A stretch of DNA of 64,000 bases from Candidatus Parcubacteria bacterium. GTDB lineage: Bacteria > Patescibacteriota > Minisyncoccia > Phycocordibacterales > CAIZLB01. This document shows, in pieces, positions 1-9,221 of the stretch (positions are counted from its first letter, which is position 1; each line of letters starts with the position of its first letter). The DNA is taken from contig JBDKLC010000005.1 of the NCBI GenBank assembly GCA_039795775.1, forward strand, positions 3,654 through 67,653, written 5' to 3'. Made by a program: the position numbers and the translations under genes. The notes below the pieces were generated by a model, which did no database searches, was not told the DNA's origin, and saw only the letters and a program-made list of their open reading frames with translations.

Positions 1-2
1 TC

Positions 3-1517
3 TTGGTTTTTGTATTCGTTTTATTTTTTCTTCCCGTTTCAGTACAGGCAGCAAATATCAAAGTTCAACTTGATGTTTTTGTATGTAATAACAACCTCAT
101 TTGTGAAGATGTCATTGGTGAAAACTATGGCTCATGTCCGTCTGACTGTGAAGCTCCAACATCTACTCCGACAACCACTCCGTCTTCAACTCCTCCTGCA
201 ACGACAAATACATCAACAAACTTCGGGCAGTATGCATATTCTTCTGGAGGCATCACTGGTCAGAACCAAAAGCCCAACAGCACCTCAACAATCACAAACG
301 ATATTGTTGGGGCTATCGCTGTTTCACCTCTGACAGATTCTGCTGTGGTATCTTGGAATTCAAAACTCCCGTCACTCATGACGTTTTCTTGGGGAAAAAC
401 AGCTCAATACGAGATTGGTAGTATTGCTGAATCTTGGTATCACACAGCGTTCAAGGTGAATCTCGATTCTCTCGACCCTGGACGGCAGTATTATTACAAA
501 ATTACTCTTAAAGATACGCTTGGAGTAGAGAAGACCGTTGAAGGGACATTTATGACACTGCCTATTGAAAATAAGGCACCAGTTCCACCAGATAGTTTTA
601 AGGCAACAATTAACGGGTCAGGTATTGTATTCGAATGGAATAATCCAGACGATGCTAATTTTTCATATGTACGCCTCGTACGATCTACAAACGGATATCC
701 AAAAGACACGCTTGATGGAAAGGTTGTGTATGAAGGTAGGGGAACATACTCGCGAGATATCAATATTGAAAATAAAAAAGGCTACTACTACTCGTTGTTT
801 GCCGTAGATAAAAATGATCGAGCATCTTCACCTGCTATTTTGTATATCGATTACGATAAATTTGCTTTTGAGCGAAGAACTGCAACTACAACGGGCACCT
901 ATGATCCGCTTCTTCGAAACGACGATCCGTATATCTCGACTGTGTATCCTTTGACCAACGATACATACAAACTTTGCGGTTCAATGAGTGGTGTTATTAA
1001 AAATCGATTGGCTGGAGGTGCAGTTAGTGATCCGTTACCACTTGGTGATGTCGCTTTTTTCCAAAATGGATCAAAAATAGATAGAAATCCTGATGAAAAA
1101 GTAGCAATTTTAAATGGACCTGTACTTATTCGAATAAAAAGTACTTTAGTGCCGTTTAATGAGCGTTCGGCAATGGCATTTTGTGTGTCTGGAGGGGTAG
1201 AAGAAGTGCAAAAAGCATACTTATTTTCTTACAACACAAAAAGTGGCTATTTTGAAGTAATTATCCCCGCTTTTAGCCATTTTATTGATTACGATTTCTA
1301 CGTAGGAATGCTAAAATATGGAGTAGAAGAACAGATTCTTTCGCGCGGAGAATTTGCTCTTCAAAACGGTGTTTCTCCATCCATCCAATTTGCTGCTTTG
1401 ACTGTTATAAAAACACTGATTCACAACGTACTTTCCGATGAACGATTCGTTTTCTTACTTCTTCTCCTTTCTTTCATAATTGCCACACGAATTCTGATCA
1501 ACGTGTTTAAAACCTGA
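3..1517 (+). CDS. Secreted/surface protein, 5'-partial. Signal-peptide-like N-terminus, Thr/Pro-rich linker, two FN3-like beta-sandwich domains and a C-terminal hydrophobic anchor.
   Basis: The ORF runs off the 5' edge; the track start is a TTG at nt 3. Residues VLFFLPVSVQAAN look like the end of a signal peptide, and the PTSTPTTTPSSTPPATT linker follows. Motifs AVSPLTDSAVVSWNS...PGRQYYYKITL and FEWNNPDD...YYYSLFAVD resemble FN3/PKD domains, and the last ~25 aa are hydrophobic. The stop overlaps the start of the giant gene (TGATG). Confidence 0.6.
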   Translation: MVFVFVLFFLPVSVQAANIKVQLDVFVCNNNLICEDVIGENYGSCPSDCEAPTSTPTTTPSSTPPATTNTSTNFGQYAYSSGGITGQNQKPNSTSTITNDIVGAIAVSPLTDSAVVSWNSKLPSLMTFSWGKTAQYEIGSIAESWYHTAFKVNLDSLDPGRQYYYKITLKDTLGVEKTVEGTFMTLPIENKAPVPPDSFKATINGSGIVFEWNNPDDANFSYVRLVRSTNGYPKDTLDGKVVYEGRGTYSRDINIENKKGYYYSLFAVDKNDRASSPAILYIDYDKFAFERRTATTTGTYDPLLRNDDPYISTVYPLTNDTYKLCGSMSGVIKNRLAGGAVSDPLPLGDVAFFQNGSKIDRNPDEKVAILNGPVLIRIKSTLVPFNERSAMAFCVSGGVEEVQKAYLFSYNTKSGYFEVIIPAFSHFIDYDFYVGMLKYGVEEQILSRGEFALQNGVSPSIQFAALTVIKTLIHNVLSDERFVFLLLLLSFIIATRILINVFKT

Positions 1518-4500
1518 TGAACCTGTTCTACACACAATGGAATAAACAAGTAGCCACTGCGACAAAAAAAATAGTTGCAGGACTTTTTGTATTTGCACAG
1601 ATCATTTCTCCGTTTGCTTTTTTGGTTCCTCAGGTTGCTGAAGCGGCAGTAAACCGACAAATGAACTATCAGGGTAAGCTCATGACAGCATCAAACGTTG
1701 CTGTACCAGATGGAACATACAACATGGAATTTAAGTTGTACGCTACTGCGGGAACAACAACACCACTTTGGACAGAAACACGAACAAGTGGAGACAAGGT
1801 GACAGTCACAAACGGACTTTTCTCAGTAATGCTTGGAGAAGTGACAGCCCTCACCGGAGTAGATTTTAATCAGACATTGTACTTGGGTGTAAACATCGGA
1901 GGTACAAGTTCACCATCTTGGGATGGAGAAATGTCTCCACGAAAAAAACTTGGTTCAGTTCCTTCTGCACTCGTTGCAGAAACTTTGGATGGAAAATACG
2001 CTGGACAGTTTTTGCGAAGTGATGCGGTAAATGCTACAAACACTTCTTCAACATTTCTTTCATTAACACAAAATGGTACAGGAGATATTGCACAGTTTAT
2101 CGGAACAAGTTCAGTATCAGCTCTTATCATAAAATCAAACGGAAATGTTGGAATTGGAACAACAACACCAGCCGGAGCATTTCAAGTTCATCGAACAAGT
2201 GGATCTTCAGATATTTACGTTACAACTGATGTAAACGTTGGCTCTGCAAATACTGCGTCACTTCAGTTCATCAGTGACAACGACGGAACTCCAAATCCTG
2301 CAGGCCTTGGACAATTCAACGACGGCAGTCTTCGACTCAGTGGTGCAGGCAACTTGGTGACACCAGATATGGTGATTACTGATGCTGGATTTATTGGTAT
2401 TGGCACTACAACTCCTGGATACAGACTTACAGTTGCTGGTATTTTAAATCCAACAACAATTTACGCATCAAGTGGAAGTGCTGCAGCTCCATCAATTGCC
2501 TTCGAAGCTGATGCTGCTCACAACACTGGTTTGTACTACGCTGGAGGAGGTTCATTCTCAGCTGTAGCAGTTGGTACTCGAGTATTCTCAGTTCAAACAA
2601 ATGGTTTGTATTTTAATACTGGATCTGTGTACAACAGTACAGGTACAGCAGCGTTTCCATCTGTAACAGAAAAAAACTTAGGAACAACAGGTCTTTTCTG
2701 GCCAACATCTGGAATGCTTGGTATTAGTACTGGAGGAGTAGAAAGACTTCGAGTAGATGGAAATGGAAATCTTGGTATTGGAACGTCTTCACCAGTCGCG
2801 TCTCTCGCCCTCACCGGAACAGCTGGATTTTCTCCACTTCTCATTGCTTCATCTACAAACGCACGATTGTTTGAAATCAACCAATCAGGCGCAATGCTCG
2901 TAGGTAACTCTGCCGGAACAGCTGGGTTTGTATTGCAATCAAATGGAGCAACAGGAGTTCCAATCTGGGTTGCAACTTCTTCACTTGGAATTTCAGGTGG
3001 TTCTGGAAACTCTGCATTTACAATCGGTAACGGATTTATATTTAATGCTACTTCTACTGACAACGTTGGTATTGGTACTACTACACCGATAGCAACACTT
3101 TCTGTAAAAGGAAGTGGTTCTTCAAATCCGTTTGTTATTTCGTCATCTTCTAACGCACAACTTGTAGTAGTTACAACTGCGGGCAACTTTGGTATTGGTT
3201 CATCAAGTCCACAATCAAAACTTTCAATATTGGGTGATTCAACTTCGGTTGGAAGTGCTTCAACTACAATCGCTGCGTACGGAGGAGCTGGTGGTTCAGG
3301 TAATGGAGTTGGAGGTGGATTTATATTCCAGGGTGGACAAGGTGGTACTGGTGGAGTTGGAGGTTCATTCATTGCTGTTGGAGGTTTTGGAGGAGCTTCA
3401 GGTGGTGGTGGTGGTGCAATCAGTCTTACTGGAGGAACAGCTGGAACAAGTGGAGTTGGAGGTTCTGTAACAATTGCCGGAGGAACAACGGGTGGTAGTG
3501 GTACTGGAGGATCAGTATATATATATGGATCAACTGCCCCAGGTGGATCAACTGGCGCAACAGTACTTGGTATGACAGCTGCATCAGTACAGTCAGGCAA
3601 CGTAGGTGTTGGTTCGTCATCACCAATTGCTAAATTCTCTATTATGGGTGTTGGAGGCACAACACCTCTCGCTATCGCTTCATCAACAGGAGCGAATCTT
3701 CTCAGTATTGACCAAGCTGGTCGACTCCTTGTAGGAACTACATCATCACAGTCAGGTATCCTTCATCTCGCTGCTCAATTGGGTAACAACACAATGCTTA
3801 CTCTCGAAAGTCCTACAGCAAACGAAGCATCAATGTATTTCAAGAATACAGCGTCTTCATGGTCTGTTGGTAACAACAGTGCTGGTGCATATGTTATCGC
3901 CAACTATCCAGGCAGTGTAGGTACAGGACAGATGGTAACAATCTTGCCATCATCAGGTAACTTTGGTATTGGCTCTACAACACCTGGAGCAAAATTAGTA
4001 GTTGCTGGACAAACAATTGGTGAATACTTTACAGCAACAAGTACTACAGTTGCATCTCGATTTACGCTTGCATCTACAACAGCTGTTACTGTCACAACTG
4101 ATTATTATTTAAGTAGTGGATATATTCATGATTCAGGATCTGGAGGAGTTACATTTAATTATGCTGGTGTACAAGTTGGACGATTTGGTCAAACAGGTAA
4201 CGGCATAGGTTTAGAAGGTACAAACAATAACGCATCAGGAAAAGCACTTGTAGCTATTCAATCAAACGCTGCAGGATTTGCCCTTCACTCAACAGGAGGT
4301 ATCAACTATATAGAAAAGAATCTCGGTCTTGGTACAACAACACCACGATCTACATTGTCTGTTTTTGGAGATGCACTTCTTGAAGGAGCAAGCAGATATC
4401 TTAACTTTGGCACATCTTCAGCTACAGGTACATCAGGATACGGATTTAGAGACAACGCTGGAACAATGGAATTTAAAAATTTAGGAGGGTCATGGGCTGC

Positions 4501-7500
4501 TGTTGGTTCGGGTGGTGGAGGATCGGGAAATGCTGCATTTACAATTGGTAACGGCTTTATCTATAACGCTACATCTACAGATAGTGTAGGTATTGGAACA
4601 TCGACACCTTTAGCTAAGCTAAATATATTGAGCACAACAGAGCAATTGAGACTCTCTTATAGTAGTGCTGTCAGCTCTAAGTTTACTGTTAATTCAACTG
4701 GTGGGCTTGATATTGTCCCTTCAGCAAATAGTGATGCTGCATTTACAGTCTCTAACGCTGCTGGAGCTGATCAGTTTAAAGTTGATACCTCAAATGGATC
4801 GGTTTATTTACCAAATTATAACATTCAGTTAGGGGATTCTAGCTTAGGAATGGCTCTTACTGTAGGACAATCTTCTTTAACAGCTAGTGATTCAGGCATT
4901 GGCTATAGCGCATGGAGTATTAACAGAGGATCTTCTGGAGGTGTGATATTTGGTGATAGTACTTACGAAGGATCTGACCTCAGTGTTAATGGATTAAGTT
5001 TTCCAAATACTTTGAAAGTTAAGGGAAGTAGTGGAAGTGTTGGTATTGGTACTTCAAGTCCAATGGCCAAGTTTTCAGTATATGGTAACGCTCTTCTTGA
5101 AGGAACTTCACGATACTTAAACTTTGGCACCGCAACAAGTTCAGCAGGCTACGGATTCAGAGACAACGCTGGAACAATTGAATTTAAGAATTTAGCTGGT
5201 TCATGGGCTGCGGTGAGTTCTGGTGGTGGAGGTGGTGGATCTGGAAATGCTGCATTTACAATCGGAAACGGCTTTATTTACAATGCAACATCAACAGACA
5301 AAGTAGGTATAGGCACAACTACTCCTGGAAGTAGACTTACTGTTGTAGGAACAACAACAACAGATTTCTTGGTAGTAGGATCAAGTACAGCATCAAGCTT
5401 TGCAAATATGCTTGCGTATTTTGCAGGTAACTCAAACAACTATGTTCAAGTAAATGCACAAAACAAGTCATCAGGAAACAATGCCTCAACAGACTTCGTA
5501 GCAACAGCTGACAACGGTGATGATACTCAGTATTACGTAGACCTCGGTATTAACAGTTCTGGATATTCAGATCCGTCATATACAATCGTAGGCGCAAATG
5601 ATGCGTACTTGTATTCACAATCAAGTGCGCTCGTTATTGGTACAGCGAGTACAACAAATCCAAATGCTGTTATTAAATTCCATACAGGGGGAACACTCGC
5701 AGCCGATGAAGCTATGCGAATTGATACTAACGGAAATGTCGGTATTGGTACAACAGCACCAGTTGAGAGATTGCAGGTTGCTGGAAACGTACTTGTAGGT
5801 GCTCGATCAAGTACAGCAAGAACATGGTCTCGAATTTCAAGTTCAACAGCCGGAACAATTGCAGAAGATGCCGGTTCATCAGGATCTATTGCATCTACAA
5901 CAGCTATGGCAGTGTATAATGGATCGCTCTACATTGGTACTGGAAAAGTTGGAGCTGCAGAAGTGTATCGATATGACGGTGGTTCAAACTGGACTCGAGT
6001 ATCAAGTAGTACACCGGGAACAATTGCAGAAGATGCTGGTTCAACTGGTTCTATTGATGCCGTACGATCTATGGCTGTATACAATGGATACCTTTTCGTA
6101 GGAACAAGTAAGCTTAACTCAGCCGAAATTTATCGATACGACGGTAATAGTACATGGACACGAGTATCAAGTAGTACACCGGGGTTTATTGGTGGCTTTG
6201 GTCTTGCTGCTACAACGACTACAGCTGTTACATCTCTCGTTGTAAACAATGGGTCATTGTACGCTGGTACTGCGACAACAGGTAAGGCTGGTATCTTCCG
6301 ATATGATATTGGTCCTTCAGCACTAGCTACTGGAGGAAATACATGGCAAGCTCTTACAGCTACGGCCGGTACTATCGGTGCGGATGCATCTGTCGATGAA
6401 GTTAGTGTGCTCGTGTCATGGAACAACGTACTCTATGCCGGTACAAAGAAGGCAAACGCTGCCGCATTGTATCGATATGACGGTGCATCTACATTCACTC
6501 GAACAAACACTGCTGCAGGTACATTCACAGGTACTGGTCTTGCTTCTATTGACGCCGTCGATGCTGCTGCGGTGTTTGATGGAAAATTGTATCTCGCTAT
6601 TTCGGATCCAAACGCTGCCCGAGTCGTTCGATTTGATACCAACCAAAACGGAGGTGTGGTGACTACATGGGCTACAACATCAAGTTCTACTTCAGGTGTT
6701 ATTGCTGAAGACGTAGGTGCTACTACAGGTATAGACCGAGTAAACTCATTTGCAATTTACAAAAATGACTTGTACGCCGGTACATATGAATCTAACGGTG
6801 CCGAACTTTACAAATTCGACGGTGGAACAACATGGTCAAAATTCTCTAGTACAACAGCAGGAACAATGGGTACGGGTACAACTGCAGCCATCGACGGTAT
6901 TGGTGCAATGCAGACATATAACGATAACTTGATCATTGCTACTACAGAACCAGGAGGAGCTGAAGTGTATACATTTAACTCAGTAGAAGGTGAATCATAT
7001 GCGTTGAAATTCAATGCGGCTTCTAATAATGCTGATGCGGAACAAAACGGTAACCTCAACACCGCATCTATTATCTTCATGGCTGAAGAACAGGCGTTCA
7101 ACAACGTCGGCAACACAAACACTGGTAAATTCTATTTCTCACACGGTATCAACACAGTGACAGGTGCGTACGACGTTGCGGAAGATTACTCAACACGAGA
7201 TGACCTCCTTGCTCCTGGAGATCTTGTAAGTATTGATACAACTGAACAGACAATGGTGAAGCGATCAGCGGGTAAGAATGATAAAAATATCATTGGTATC
7301 TATTCTGTAGAACCAGCCCTTCGACTTTCTCAGCAAGGTGCACTTATCAATGGTGCTAAGGCGGTGCCAATCGCGCTTGCCGGACGAGTGCCTGTGAAAG
7401 TATCTCTTGAAAATGGTCCAATCAAGATTGGAGATTATCTCGCAGCGGGTTCAGCTCCAGGGTCTGCTATGAAGGCTACACGACCAGGAAAAGTTATCGG

Positions 7501-8422
7501 TCGAGCACTCTCAGCATATAGTGGAGCTGAAGGAGAAGAAGCAAAAGTAATTACATTCATCGGTGTTGAAACAATTACTTGGAATGATATTTCTGAAGCT
7601 CAGGATACTGTCTCAGAGCTTGCTCAAGACGGTGAAGACCCACAGACACGAGACAGTGCACTCGAATTCCTTACATCAGTTGATGATGCTGTAGCTGACG
7701 TAGCTCTTGCCGTTATCAACAAAGTAGACAATCTCACACTTGTTGTAGCAAACAAGATTGTGGCTCTTACTGCAAGTATTCGAGACCTCTTTGTAACAAC
7801 ACTCGCGATTAACCCAGGAGGAAAGATTGTTCTTCCTACAGGAGAAAATCAAATTGCTGGAGTAGGAACAATTATCGCTGGTCAGACAGAAGTATTCGTT
7901 CCAAATACACAGATTACAAAGGATTCAGTTGTTTCTGTAACACCTACAACTGAAGTTGAAGTTCCTCTCTTTGTTTCAAAGAAAGAACCTGGAGTTGGAT
8001 TTACAATCCGAATGGTGCGACCAACAACAACAAACGTAGAGTTTGACTGGTTCTTCGTGAACACATACAAGGCAAACGGAAACATTACCACAACTATAGT
8101 TTCTGGTTCTACAAACACGTCTACTCCAACAAGTACAACACAGCAAACAACGATAACAATTGATGGTTCATCAGTTCCATCAAATCCAGCAGGTGAATCA
8201 ACAGATTCGACTTCTACTTCTGATACAACAGAGGAGGGGATAACCGCTACAACTTCAGAAAATACAGTAACATCTTCACCTGGATCTACGGTCACATCAG
8301 AAACTCCACCACCTTCGGTATCAGATGAACCACCGGTTGATACGAATTCTTCGAACGTAGAATCAGCACCCACACCAGCACCAGCTGATGCACCCACAGA
8401 TAGTGGAAGTACTACAGAATAA
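1517..8422 (+). CDS. Giant (2301 aa) repeat-rich cell-surface protein. It has an N-terminal signal/TM anchor, about 12 tail-fibre-like repeats, a Gly-rich solenoid segment, a 7-repeat putative beta-propeller and an S/T/P-rich C-terminal tail.
   Basis: Uninterrupted 6.9-kb ORF starting with ATG. The N-terminal hydrophobic stretch is IVAGLFVFAQIISPFAFLVPQVAEA. The motif [GD]N[VFL]GIG[TS][TS][TS]P-x-[AS][KR]L-x-[VI]-x-G recurs about 12 times. A Gly-rich block (GGAGGSGNGVGGGFIFQGGQGGTGGVGG...) lies at ~3240-3540. Seven ~55-aa repeats ending ...LY.GT....AE.YRYDG...W lie at ~5800-6960. The C-terminal ~110 aa are Ser/Thr/Pro/Glu-rich. Confidence 0.85.
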   Translation: MNLFYTQWNKQVATATKKIVAGLFVFAQIISPFAFLVPQVAEAAVNRQMNYQGKLMTASNVAVPDGTYNMEFKLYATAGTTTPLWTETRTSGDKVTVTNGLFSVMLGEVTALTGVDFNQTLYLGVNIGGTSSPSWDGEMSPRKKLGSVPSALVAETLDGKYAGQFLRSDAVNATNTSSTFLSLTQNGTGDIAQFIGTSSVSALIIKSNGNVGIGTTTPAGAFQVHRTSGSSDIYVTTDVNVGSANTASLQFISDNDGTPNPAGLGQFNDGSLRLSGAGNLVTPDMVITDAGFIGIGTTTPGYRLTVAGILNPTTIYASSGSAAAPSIAFEADAAHNTGLYYAGGGSFSAVAVGTRVFSVQTNGLYFNTGSVYNSTGTAAFPSVTEKNLGTTGLFWPTSGMLGISTGGVERLRVDGNGNLGIGTSSPVASLALTGTAGFSPLLIASSTNARLFEINQSGAMLVGNSAGTAGFVLQSNGATGVPIWVATSSLGISGGSGNSAFTIGNGFIFNATSTDNVGIGTTTPIATLSVKGSGSSNPFVISSSSNAQLVVVTTAGNFGIGSSSPQSKLSILGDSTSVGSASTTIAAYGGAGGSGNGVGGGFIFQGGQGGTGGVGGSFIAVGGFGGASGGGGGAISLTGGTAGTSGVGGSVTIAGGTTGGSGTGGSVYIYGSTAPGGSTGATVLGMTAASVQSGNVGVGSSSPIAKFSIMGVGGTTPLAIASSTGANLLSIDQAGRLLVGTTSSQSGILHLAAQLGNNTMLTLESPTANEASMYFKNTASSWSVGNNSAGAYVIANYPGSVGTGQMVTILPSSGNFGIGSTTPGAKLVVAGQTIGEYFTATSTTVASRFTLASTTAVTVTTDYYLSSGYIHDSGSGGVTFNYAGVQVGRFGQTGNGIGLEGTNNNASGKALVAIQSNAAGFALHSTGGINYIEKNLGLGTTTPRSTLSVFGDALLEGASRYLNFGTSSATGTSGYGFRDNAGTMEFKNLGGSWAAVGSGGGGSGNAAFTIGNGFIYNATSTDSVGIGTSTPLAKLNILSTTEQLRLSYSSAVSSKFTVNSTGGLDIVPSANSDAAFTVSNAAGADQFKVDTSNGSVYLPNYNIQLGDSSLGMALTVGQSSLTASDSGIGYSAWSINRGSSGGVIFGDSTYEGSDLSVNGLSFPNTLKVKGSSGSVGIGTSSPMAKFSVYGNALLEGTSRYLNFGTATSSAGYGFRDNAGTIEFKNLAGSWAAVSSGGGGGGSGNAAFTIGNGFIYNATSTDKVGIGTTTPGSRLTVVGTTTTDFLVVGSSTASSFANMLAYFAGNSNNYVQVNAQNKSSGNNASTDFVATADNGDDTQYYVDLGINSSGYSDPSYTIVGANDAYLYSQSSALVIGTASTTNPNAVIKFHTGGTLAADEAMRIDTNGNVGIGTTAPVERLQVAGNVLVGARSSTARTWSRISSSTAGTIAEDAGSSGSIASTTAMAVYNGSLYIGTGKVGAAEVYRYDGGSNWTRVSSSTPGTIAEDAGSTGSIDAVRSMAVYNGYLFVGTSKLNSAEIYRYDGNSTWTRVSSSTPGFIGGFGLAATTTTAVTSLVVNNGSLYAGTATTGKAGIFRYDIGPSALATGGNTWQALTATAGTIGADASVDEVSVLVSWNNVLYAGTKKANAAALYRYDGASTFTRTNTAAGTFTGTGLASIDAVDAAAVFDGKLYLAISDPNAARVVRFDTNQNGGVVTTWATTSSSTSGVIAEDVGATTGIDRVNSFAIYKNDLYAGTYESNGAELYKFDGGTTWSKFSSTTAGTMGTGTTAAIDGIGAMQTYNDNLIIATTEPGGAEVYTFNSVEGESYALKFNAASNNADAEQNGNLNTASIIFMAEEQAFNNVGNTNTGKFYFSHGINTVTGAYDVAEDYSTRDDLLAPGDLVSIDTTEQTMVKRSAGKNDKNIIGIYSVEPALRLSQQGALINGAKAVPIALAGRVPVKVSLENGPIKIGDYLAAGSAPGSAMKATRPGKVIGRALSAYSGAEGEEAKVITFIGVETITWNDISEAQDTVSELAQDGEDPQTRDSALEFLTSVDDAVADVALAVINKVDNLTLVVANKIVALTASIRDLFVTTLAINPGGKIVLPTGENQIAGVGTIIAGQTEVFVPNTQITKDSVVSVTPTTEVEVPLFVSKKEPGVGFTIRMVRPTTTNVEFDWFFVNTYKANGNITTTIVSGSTNTSTPTSTTQQTTITIDGSSVPSNPAGESTDSTSTSDTTEEGITATTSENTVTSSPGSTVTSETPPPSVSDEPPVDTNSSNVESAPTPAPADAPTDSGSTTE

Positions 8423-8424
8423 TA

Positions 8425-8865
8425 ATGTATAATATATATATGCAACCCGATCTATCATCAACAACTCGATTATCTTTTATGCAAAAAATAATCCGAATTA
8501 TATCAATGCTGTTTCGAAGAAAATTTCTCAAGACTATACTCGCTATTCTTATTCTTTGGATTTTCTTTAGTTTAATTTCATCTTTAAATTCATGGAAGGC
8601 TGTATTCTTGGATACAAACCAAGTGTATTTTGGTAAATCTATTTCTCTTCCATTCTCATCTACTATTACTCTCCGACATGTATACTTCCTCCGAAACGAT
8701 GCAGGGGGAGCAACATCGAGTGTCGCTGTAGTTCCTCTCGAAAGAGATATTCATGGCCCGAAAGACAAGATGACTATCTTCAAAGCTCATATACTATATA
8801 TAGAGGAGTTGAGACCTACATCTATGCTTCTCAAGGCTATCGAAGAGCAAGAAAAGCAGAAATAG
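8425..8865 (+). CDS. Hypothetical small membrane protein
   Basis: 146-aa ORF immediately after the giant gene with one predicted TM helix (ILAILILWIFFSLISSL). I recognise no family, so the call rests only on the ORF and codon composition. Confidence 0.3.
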   Translation: MYNIYMQPDLSSTTRLSFMQKIIRIISMLFRRKFLKTILAILILWIFFSLISSLNSWKAVFLDTNQVYFGKSISLPFSSTITLRHVYFLRNDAGGATSSVAVVPLERDIHGPKDKMTIFKAHILYIEELRPTSMLLKAIEEQEKQK

Positions 8866-8929
8866 GCCTAAAAGGGCCTAGGGGCTTCCTTTTTTCAGGA
8901 TTTTTTGGTATGTTAGAGCAACAAATTAT

Positions 8930-9004
8930 GCGAGTATAGCTCAGTTGGTAGAGCACATCACTGATACTGATGGGGTCGTAGGTTCGAATCCTACTACTCG
9001 CACC
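8930..9004 (+). tRNA. tRNA-Ile (anticodon GAT)
   Basis: Hand-folded cloverleaf: acceptor GCGAGTA/TACTCGC, D-arm GCTC-AGTTGGTA-GAGC, anticodon stem CATCA/TGATG with loop CTGATAC (anticodon GAT), T-arm GTAGG-TTCGAAT-CCTAC, discriminator A plus CC. The terminal A of CCA is not encoded. Confidence 0.85.
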
Positions 9005-9009
9005 GTAGA

Positions 9010-9048
9010 AAAAGCCCACTTTTGTCCGACAAAAGTGGGCTTTTTATA
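9010..9048 (+). terminator. Rho-independent terminator downstream of tRNA-Ile
   Basis: Perfect hairpin AAAAGCCCACTTTT-(GTCCGAC)-AAAAGTGGGCTTTT followed by TTTTTATAT. Confidence 0.7.
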
Positions 9049-9155
9049 TGTATATATATGAATGTAAGGCATTTATTGGCTTTTTAAGCTCTTATTGATA
9101 TCAGGTGCACCAAGGCCTAAAAATACAGTAAACCTTCCATTTTTAGCCATATTTA

Positions 9156-9164
9156 TGCTATACT
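9156..9164 (+). promoter_or_regulatory. Putative extended -10 promoter (TGcTATACT) for pyk
   Basis: TG-n-TATACT lies ~58 nt upstream of the pyk ATG. A near-identical motif (TTATGCTATAGT) sits upstream of obg. No clear -35 element. Confidence 0.3.
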
Positions 9165-9221
9165 CTGGCCCTATTGGTTAGCGCCAATTTAATTTATTTT
9201 TAAGGAAATTTCATTCGTTAT

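Noticed and set aside
2593-3660. 355-aa minus-strand ORF (Pro-rich) inside the giant gene, plus other antisense ORFs at 1669..2130, 3189..3626, 6130..6662 and 7882..8445
   Set aside because: These are antisense to Gly/Thr-rich coding repeats of the 2301-aa gene. The Pro-rich low-complexity translation is the expected mirror of Gly-rich codons. There is no independent support.
2990-5345. CRISPR array possibility for the periodic repeats in the giant gene
   Set aside because: The repeats are in-frame coding modules of unequal, diverged sequence with no short identical direct repeats or spacers. No CRISPR-like array is seen anywhere in the window.
6800-7600. Peptidase S74 (intramolecular chaperone) autoproteolytic domain, expected at the C-terminus of tail-fibre-like proteins
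   Set aside because: The characteristic S-D-x-R-L-K-x-N-I / GLIAQEVE motifs are not present in the region following the propeller repeats, so I do not claim a self-cleaving tail-fibre chaperone.
8837-9019. 60-aa minus-strand ORF
   Set aside because: It fully overlaps the tRNA-Ile gene and its terminator hairpin, so it is spurious.
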